DNA of 64,000 bases from an uncultured Actinomycetes bacterium (lineage in GTDB: Bacteria > Actinomycetota > Thermoleophilia > RBG-16-64-13): positions 25,356 through 89,355 of the forward strand of contig CAMTXC010000002.1 of the NCBI GenBank assembly GCA_947085635.1, given 5' to 3'. Both the position numbers and the translations under genes were made by a program. Positions 58,542 to 64,000 of this stretch are shown piece after piece. Each line of letters starts with the position of its first letter. Position 1 is the first letter of the stretch. The notes beneath the pieces are model-generated. The model saw only the letters and a list, made by a program, of their open reading frames with translations, searched no databases and was not told where the DNA came from.

Positions 58542-59554
58542 GCGAGGGTCCGTCCGTGCCACCCGCCGACCTCGTGGTCGCCCTGTTCGGCCCCACCGGT
58601 GTGGGTAAGACGGCGATCGCCTGCCATGTGGCGAAGGAATTGGGCACGCGGGTCGTCTCCTGCGACTCCATGCAGCTCTACCGCGGCTTCGCGGTGCTGA
58701 CCAACCAGCCGCGGGCACAGGAGACCCTCGGGGTGTCTCAGGAACTGGTAGGCGTGGCCGACTCACACGTCGAATGGAGTGCGGTCGAGTACGCCCGCAG
58801 GGCCCGACCCCTGCTCGAGGAAGACCTCTCTCGCACCGGTTCCGCCGTCATCGCCGGGGGTACGGGCCTATACCTGCGGACCGCTCTGGCGCCTCTTTCG
58901 GCGCCCGAGCCCGGAGATCCCGAGCTGCGGCGCTTCCTCGAGGAGCGGGCGGTCCAGGAAGGCGCAGCGACGCTGCACCAAGAGCTGGCCTCGCTCGATC
59001 CCGAGGCGGCCGACGCCATCCATCCGGGCAATACCCGCCGGTTGGTGCGGGCTCTCGAGGTGCTGATGTCGGCTCCGGAGCGCAGGTGGTCGGGCAGGCG
59101 CGATCTCTGGGCGCCCGACTACTACCACCACACGCTTCTTGTGGGCCTCAGCATGGACCGTGCGTCGCTCTACCGATGGGTCGAGCACCGCGCACAGATG
59201 ATGTTCGACGGAGGCGCTGTCGAGGAAGTGAGAGCTCATCGGGCGAGAGCCGCGGCTTCGGCTCCGGTGGGCGGCGAAGGCGAGTCACGCGGGCGCAGAG
59301 GGGTCGAGAGGGCGATCGGGTATCGAGAAATCGGCGACTTCCTGGATGGCGAGATCTCGGCCGACGAAGCCGTCACAAGGATGGCGGCGGCCACGCGCAA
59401 ATACGTCCGCCGGCAGGACACCTGGATGCGCAGACTACAGGGCGCTGTTATCATTGACACTTCCGACCGGGCGGCCGAGGAGAGCGCCTCTCTCATCTTG
59501 GCGGAAGCACGGCGGACGCGCGTCGTCTCGCCGGCGGATGGAAAGGACACCTAA
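58538..59554 (+). CDS. miaA: tRNA dimethylallyltransferase
   Basis: GPTGVGKT, DSMQLY, GGTGLY, RRLVRALEV, AIGY.E, TRKY.RRQ.TW. Confidence 0.95.
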   Translation: MSEGPSVPPADLVVALFGPTGVGKTAIACHVAKELGTRVVSCDSMQLYRGFAVLTNQPRAQETLGVSQELVGVADSHVEWSAVEYARRARPLLEEDLSRTGSAVIAGGTGLYLRTALAPLSAPEPGDPELRRFLEERAVQEGAATLHQELASLDPEAADAIHPGNTRRLVRALEVLMSAPERRWSGRRDLWAPDYYHHTLLVGLSMDRASLYRWVEHRAQMMFDGGAVEEVRAHRARAAASAPVGGEGESRGRRGVERAIGYREIGDFLDGEISADEAVTRMAAATRKYVRRQDTWMRRLQGAVIIDTSDRAAEESASLILAEARRTRVVSPADGKDT

Positions 59555-59558
59555 GAGC

Positions 59559-60431
59559 ATGCGTTTCGCCAAGTGGCAGGGCCTCGGGAACGACTACATC
59601 ATCCTGGAGGAAGAGGTCCTCCCGGGGATACCGTCGCCTCACCAGGCGAGGCTCCTCTGCGACCGCCACTTCGGCGTGGGGGCCGACGGCCTTCTCATCC
59701 ACTGCCGGCCCACCGGCATCGCGGAAGGTGCGGTGGCCCGTATGCGCATCTTTAACCCCGACGGCAGCGAGCCCGAGATGTGCGGTAACGGTATCCGCAT
59801 GTTCGCACGTTACCTGCAGGAACGCGGCGTCATCGGCGCGGGAGAGGTGGTCATCGAGACGCTCGCGGGCCCCATCCGTCCGCGGGTGTTGACCGACGGC
59901 AGGGTCCGGGTGCACATGGGAGTCGCCCGACTGAAGAGCGCCGCCGTCGACGCGACGGCCTGGGAGCCGATCGAGGAGGTGGTTGCCCGCGACCTGGAAG
60001 TGGGTGGTAAATCGTACCGCTTCACCTTCGTGGATGTGGGCAATCCTCACTGCGTGATCCCGGTGGACGACGTGGGCTCCGTTCCGATCGAGGAGATCGG
60101 TCCCCGTATCGAGACGCATCCGATCTTTCCCCGACAGGCGAACGTCGAGTTCATCCAGCCTGAGGCCGACGGGTCGGTCACCATGAGGGTCTGGGAGCGG
60201 GGAGTGGGGGAGACCCAGGCCTGCGGCACCGGGGCGACGGCTGTGGGGGTCGTCGCGGTACGCTTGGGGCTGGCCACGAGTCCCGTGACGGTGCATCTGC
60301 CGGGTGGCACCCTCGAGATCGAGGTGGAGGACGACCTTCAGGTAGTGAAGACAGGACCCGCTGAGGCGGTGTTCACCGGCGAACTCAGCCGACACGTGCT
60401 CCATCGACTCGGGTGGGCGGCACAGGAATAG
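59559..60431 (+). CDS. dapF: Diaminopimelate epimerase
   Basis: GLGNDY, GVGADG, NPDGS..EMCGNG, GNPH, ERGVGETQACGTG. Confidence 0.96.
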   Translation: MRFAKWQGLGNDYIILEEEVLPGIPSPHQARLLCDRHFGVGADGLLIHCRPTGIAEGAVARMRIFNPDGSEPEMCGNGIRMFARYLQERGVIGAGEVVIETLAGPIRPRVLTDGRVRVHMGVARLKSAAVDATAWEPIEEVVARDLEVGGKSYRFTFVDVGNPHCVIPVDDVGSVPIEEIGPRIETHPIFPRQANVEFIQPEADGSVTMRVWERGVGETQACGTGATAVGVVAVRLGLATSPVTVHLPGGTLEIEVEDDLQVVKTGPAEAVFTGELSRHVLHRLGWAAQE

Positions 60432-60513
60432 GGAACGTTGCGGGCGACATCTCGGCCCGCCGACCGGCGGACCCGGACGCTGTCGGTCGATGGATCAGCT
60501 CAAGGAGGCCTAG

Positions 60514-61677
60514 GTGCGGTTCTCGAGGCGTATGGATAGTCTTCCGCCGTATCTCTTCGCGGAGATCGAGCGGAAGATAGCGGAGAAGAAGAAGGCCGGC
60601 GTCGATGTGATCAGCCTGGGCATCGGTGACCCCGATCTGCCCACGCCGGCGTACATCGTCGAGGAGATGCAGCGACAGGTCGCCGATCCGCGTAACCACC
60701 AGTACCCCTCTAACGCGGGGGTGCCCGAGTTCGGCGAGGCGGGGGCGGCCTACATGGCGCGACGCTTCGGAGTCACCATCGACCCGGCGAAGGAGTTCCT
60801 CCCGTTGCTCGGTTCCAAGGAAGGGCTCGCCCACATCTGCTGGTCGACGCTAGACGCCGGCGACGTGGTCCTTGTGCCCGACCCCGGCTACCCCGTGTAT
60901 GCCGCGGCGTCGCTCTTGGTGGGAGCCGAGGCCGTGCGCATGCCCTTGTTGCCCGAGAACGGCTTTCTCCCCGATCTCGACGCCATCGAGCCCAACGTCG
61001 CACGTCGCGCGAAGCTGATGTTCATCAGCTACCCGAACAACCCCACCGCGGGTGTGGTCGAAGGCGACTTCTTCGAGCGCGTGGTCGCGTTCGCCACGAG
61101 GAACGACATCGCCGTGGTCCACGACAATGCCTACTGCGAACTGGTGTTCGACGGCTACGAAGCTCCGAGCTTCCTCGCCACTCCGGGAGCGATGGACATC
61201 GGCGTGGAGTTCTTCAGCCTCTCGAAACCCTTCAACATGACCGGGTGGCGCGTGGGTTTCGCGGTGGGAAGCCGAGAGATCCTCGAGCCGCTCTGGCGCC
61301 TCAAGACCAACCTGGACTCGGGCATGTTCGAAGCCATCCAGCGGACGGCGGCCTTCGTCCTCGACGGGCCCTGGGACTTCGTACACGATATGAACGCCCT
61401 GTACGCGGAGCGCAGAGGCATCCTGCTGGAGGCACTCAATCACATCGGCCTGGACGCTCCCTCGCCCAAGGCCACGATCTACATCTGGATCCCGGTGCCC
61501 AAAGGGTACTCCTCGACCTCGTTCGCCGCGCACGTTCTGGATCAGGCGGGCGTCGTGGTGACCCCCGGCAACGGCTACGGCGAGGCAGGGGAGGGGTTCG
61601 TGCGCATCTCGCTCACAGCGCCCGATGCCCGCATCCGCGAAGCGGTGGAGCGCATCGAGCGTTCCCTGCGCATCTGA
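60514..61677 (+). CDS. dapL: LL-diaminopimelate aminotransferase-like class I PLP enzyme
   Basis: LPPYLFA, SLGIGDPD, GSKEG, YPNNPT, HDNAY, SLSKPFNMTGWRVG, KTNLDSG; adjacent to dapF. Confidence 0.78.
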   Translation: MRFSRRMDSLPPYLFAEIERKIAEKKKAGVDVISLGIGDPDLPTPAYIVEEMQRQVADPRNHQYPSNAGVPEFGEAGAAYMARRFGVTIDPAKEFLPLLGSKEGLAHICWSTLDAGDVVLVPDPGYPVYAAASLLVGAEAVRMPLLPENGFLPDLDAIEPNVARRAKLMFISYPNNPTAGVVEGDFFERVVAFATRNDIAVVHDNAYCELVFDGYEAPSFLATPGAMDIGVEFFSLSKPFNMTGWRVGFAVGSREILEPLWRLKTNLDSGMFEAIQRTAAFVLDGPWDFVHDMNALYAERRGILLEALNHIGLDAPSPKATIYIWIPVPKGYSSTSFAAHVLDQAGVVVTPGNGYGEAGEGFVRISLTAPDARIREAVERIERSLRI

Positions 61678-61702
61678 CCCGAGTGCGGGAGGGAGGACGA
61701 GC

Positions 61703-62128
61703 GTGAAGATACAGGTGACCTCGCTCCGCCCGGAGGCGCGCCTCCCCCTGCGCGCCCACCCCGGAGACGGCGGTGCCGACCTCCATGCCGCGGAGGCGGT
61801 GACCATCCCACCCGGAGAACGCCGGGACGTGGGGACCGGGCTTGCCCTCAGCATCCCCGAAGGCTACGCCGGGTTCGTGCAGCCTCGCTCGGGCCTGGCC
61901 TTCCGCCACGGCATCATGATAACGAACGCTCCCGGCCTCATCGACAGCGGGTACAGGGGTGAGGTGCGGGTGAGCCTGTTCAATTCCGGCTCCGACGCGT
62001 TCGAGGTGGCGGTGGGCGACCGGATCGCCCAGCTCGTGGTGCAGGCCGTGGAGACCCCAGGATTCGAAGCCGCCCGGCACCTCGACTCGACTTCGAGAGG
62101 CGAAAGCGGCTTCGGCAGCACCGGCTGA
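61703..62128 (+). CDS. dut: dUTP diphosphatase
   Basis: GADL, PRSGLA, GLIDSGYRGE, GDRIAQL, RGESGFGSTG. Confidence 0.97.
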   Translation: MKIQVTSLRPEARLPLRAHPGDGGADLHAAEAVTIPPGERRDVGTGLALSIPEGYAGFVQPRSGLAFRHGIMITNAPGLIDSGYRGEVRVSLFNSGSDAFEVAVGDRIAQLVVQAVETPGFEAARHLDSTSRGESGFGSTG

Positions 62129-62158
62129 TCTCGGGAGGAGGACCCCGAGTCGTCCGCT

Positions 62159-63352
62159 CTACTTGGGAGTGGTGTACTCCTCCCACGTGTTCGGCACGAT
62201 GCTCACACCGATCGTATAGGCCCGGTTGATCTGCTTCATGATGTTGCCGTTGTAGTTGATCTCCGGTGAGGTACCGGTGCCCTTGCTGATGATCGTGCCC
62301 GAGACGATCACCGAACCGTAGATGCTGGCCGTGCCGCGGATCTCGGCATCGCCCTTGATGACAATGATGCCGTAGAAGTCGGCGCTGCCTTTGAGATCGA
62401 GCCCTACCTTTTGCGTGCCCGCGTCGATCACCAGCACCACCGGGTTCTCGCGCGAGCCGATCTGCGTGTTGCCCGAGATATCCACCACGCTGGTGGGGCT
62501 CTCGAGGTAGATGACCTTGCCACCGGCGTTGCCGGAGAAGAGAAGCGTGCCGGCAGCAGCCGCGCTTGTGAAATAGGTGCCTTCGGTCTGTGCGATCCCT
62601 TTGAGTGAACCCATGAGACCTGTGGCCACCCAACTATCGAAGGTGCCGGCGGCGGAAGGGTTCGCCACTACGTTCGGGCCCAAGTCAAGTCCCTTGGCCC
62701 CCACTTGGCTGTTGTAGAAGGCGGGCACGGACGTACCGTTGAGCGGAAGAGGCTCGGTCTGGAGCGGATCGATGGAGATGTTCAGACCCTGGCCGTTGGC
62801 GTCGAACGAGCTCGTATACATGGCTATCAGCGGGAAGCTCAAGTTCCAGGCCTGGCGTTCGGCGAGGATGATGATGCGGTGGCGGCTGTCATCTACGTTG
62901 GCCTCGCTGCTCACGTACATGTAACCGTTCGCGTTTGAGTCCCAGGTGGGAGGGTTGGCGAGCCCGGTGTCGTCGTAGTACTGCACTTTGATGAAGTCGG
63001 CCGCGGGGGAGCGCGTGGGGTTGCGGAACTTGGTGGCGTCGAAGTCGGCGCGGAGGGCGGTGGTGATCGCGCTGACCTTGGTGGTGGTCTGAGCGTCGGC
63101 GGACGTGCTGGGCCACTTCGTCTTCAGGTCGAGCATGCCGTAGTCCACACCGGCTTCAGCCACGTTGAACGACTTGACCCCTTGCGATTCCAACTCGACC
63201 CCGAGGACGCTCGACTTGATCAGGAAGAACAGGGCTATCCCAATCGCGAGAAAGACCATGGCGAACATCATGACCATCACGATGAGCGAGCCGTCTTCCG
63301 AACGGACGAGTCGGGCCGCGAGAGGTGGCCGTTCTGATGGGTGGTCGTTCAT
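62159..63352 (-). CDS. PilX-like type IV minor pilin
   Basis: Basic leader ..RLVRSEDG followed by a hydrophobic helix without Glu5; AEAGV motif; C-terminal Gly/Ile-rich repeats (FYGIIVIKGDAEIRGTASIYGSVIVSG); downstream of a prepilin gene. Confidence 0.72.
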   Translation of the reverse strand: MNDHPSERPPLAARLVRSEDGSLIVMVMMFAMVFLAIGIALFFLIKSSVLGVELESQGVKSFNVAEAGVDYGMLDLKTKWPSTSADAQTTTKVSAITTALRADFDATKFRNPTRSPAADFIKVQYYDDTGLANPPTWDSNANGYMYVSSEANVDDSRHRIIILAERQAWNLSFPLIAMYTSSFDANGQGLNISIDPLQTEPLPLNGTSVPAFYNSQVGAKGLDLGPNVVANPSAAGTFDSWVATGLMGSLKGIAQTEGTYFTSAAAAGTLLFSGNAGGKVIYLESPTSVVDISGNTQIGSRENPVVLVIDAGTQKVGLDLKGSADFYGIIVIKGDAEIRGTASIYGSVIVSGTIISKGTGTSPEINYNGNIMKQINRAYTIGVSIVPNTWEEYTTPK

Positions 63353-63367
63353 GGCCTTCCTCCTGCC

Positions 63368-64000
63368 TCAGTATGTTCTCAAGTTGCGCGGCTGGACGAT
63401 GGATGTCAACTCGTGCACCACGGGGGCTCTGTCGGGGTCGATGTCCACCATCAGGTGGATGCGGATCGAACGGATCTGGGTCACGTCCACGGAACGAGTC
63501 GTAGAGTTGGGCGTCAGCTGGCCGCCCGCTGAATCGTAGTACTTGAACATGGGTTTGGATAATGAGTCCAGCGCCGTGCCCGGTGGGTCGTTCCTGATGT
63601 TCTCGTTCACCACGCGCACGGCTGTCGCCGTGAAGTTGCCGTCTTTGTTGGGAGATTCTTGGCGGAGGAGGTAGTTGTTCGGGCCATTCGCGGAGAGGTA
63701 GAAGCGCACGAGTTCGAGACTGTGGGCTGCGTCACGGTCTGTGTCGGTCCAGATCCAGATCTCTTCGGGAGTCGCCTTGGGTATCGGGGTGTCCAGGGTT
63801 TCGCTGACCACGGAGGCGGGCACCCGCGCCGTGCGTATGAACTCGACCATCTCGTTCATCGCCATGCGGGCCTGCTCCTGCGCGCGCATGTCGTCCTCGG
63901 TGAAGAGGTAGGTGTGCTCGAGGCGCGTCCAGACGGTGAAGACGGCGCCCATGACCACGACCATGAGCATCATGACCACGAGGAGCTCGACCAGAGTCAC
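63368..64000 (-). CDS. Prepilin-type N-terminal cleavage protein (PilW-like), 5'-truncated
   Basis: VTLVELLVVMMLMVVVMGAV pilin N-terminus with Glu5; QEQARMAM..M...IR.A; F.YYD..G; C-terminal PRN. Confidence 0.8.
   Translation of the reverse strand: MTLVELLVVMMLMVVVMGAVFTVWTRLEHTYLFTEDDMRAQEQARMAMNEMVEFIRTARVPASVVSETLDTPIPKATPEEIWIWTDTDRDAAHSLELVRFYLSANGPNNYLLRQESPNKDGNFTATAVRVVNENIRNDPPGTALDSLSKPMFKYYDSAGGQLTPNSTTRSVDVTQIRSIRIHLMVDIDPDRAPVVHELTSIVQPRNLRTY

Overview
A GC-rich, almost entirely + strand block of core bacterial chromosome. It runs rnc-smc-ftsY-ffh-rpsP-khpA-rimM-trmD-rplS-lepB-rnhB; yraN-comM-dprA-xerC-whiG/fliA; rpsB-tsf-pyrH-frr-uppS-cdsA-dxr-rseP-ispG-proS; rimP-nusA-ylxR-infB-ylxP-rbfA-DHH-truB-ribF-rpsO-pnp-M16 peptidase-dapB-rnj-ftsK; a BMP-family ABC transporter with mnmH/selU; then rodZ-rimO-pgsA-thpR-recA-recX-rny-miaB-miaA-dapF-dapL-dut. 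It ends in a convergent type IV pilus minor-pilin locus cut by the window edge. Actinomycete-type order (dprA-xerC-whiG-rpsB, pnp-M16-dapB) mixed with Firmicutes-type genes (rny, BMP ABC transporter, dapL) suggests a deep-branching Actinomycetota such as Thermoleophilia; this is inference. I saw no rRNA, tRNA, CRISPR array or IS element. The best unexplained signal is a ~260-nt rod-shaped structured RNA with its own sigma70-type promoter between recX and rny (6S/Ms1-like, possibly also an attenuator for rny). Other leads: a possible WhiG (sigma28) link to the DNA-uptake genes and pili, a Cys3-His tail on NusA, an M16 peptidase lacking a canonical start codon and in frame behind the pnp TAG, a degenerate SMC hinge, an intragenic SOS-box match in recA, and selU coupled to the nucleoside transporter. 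All calls come from motif recognition and manual base-pairing; no database searches were run.
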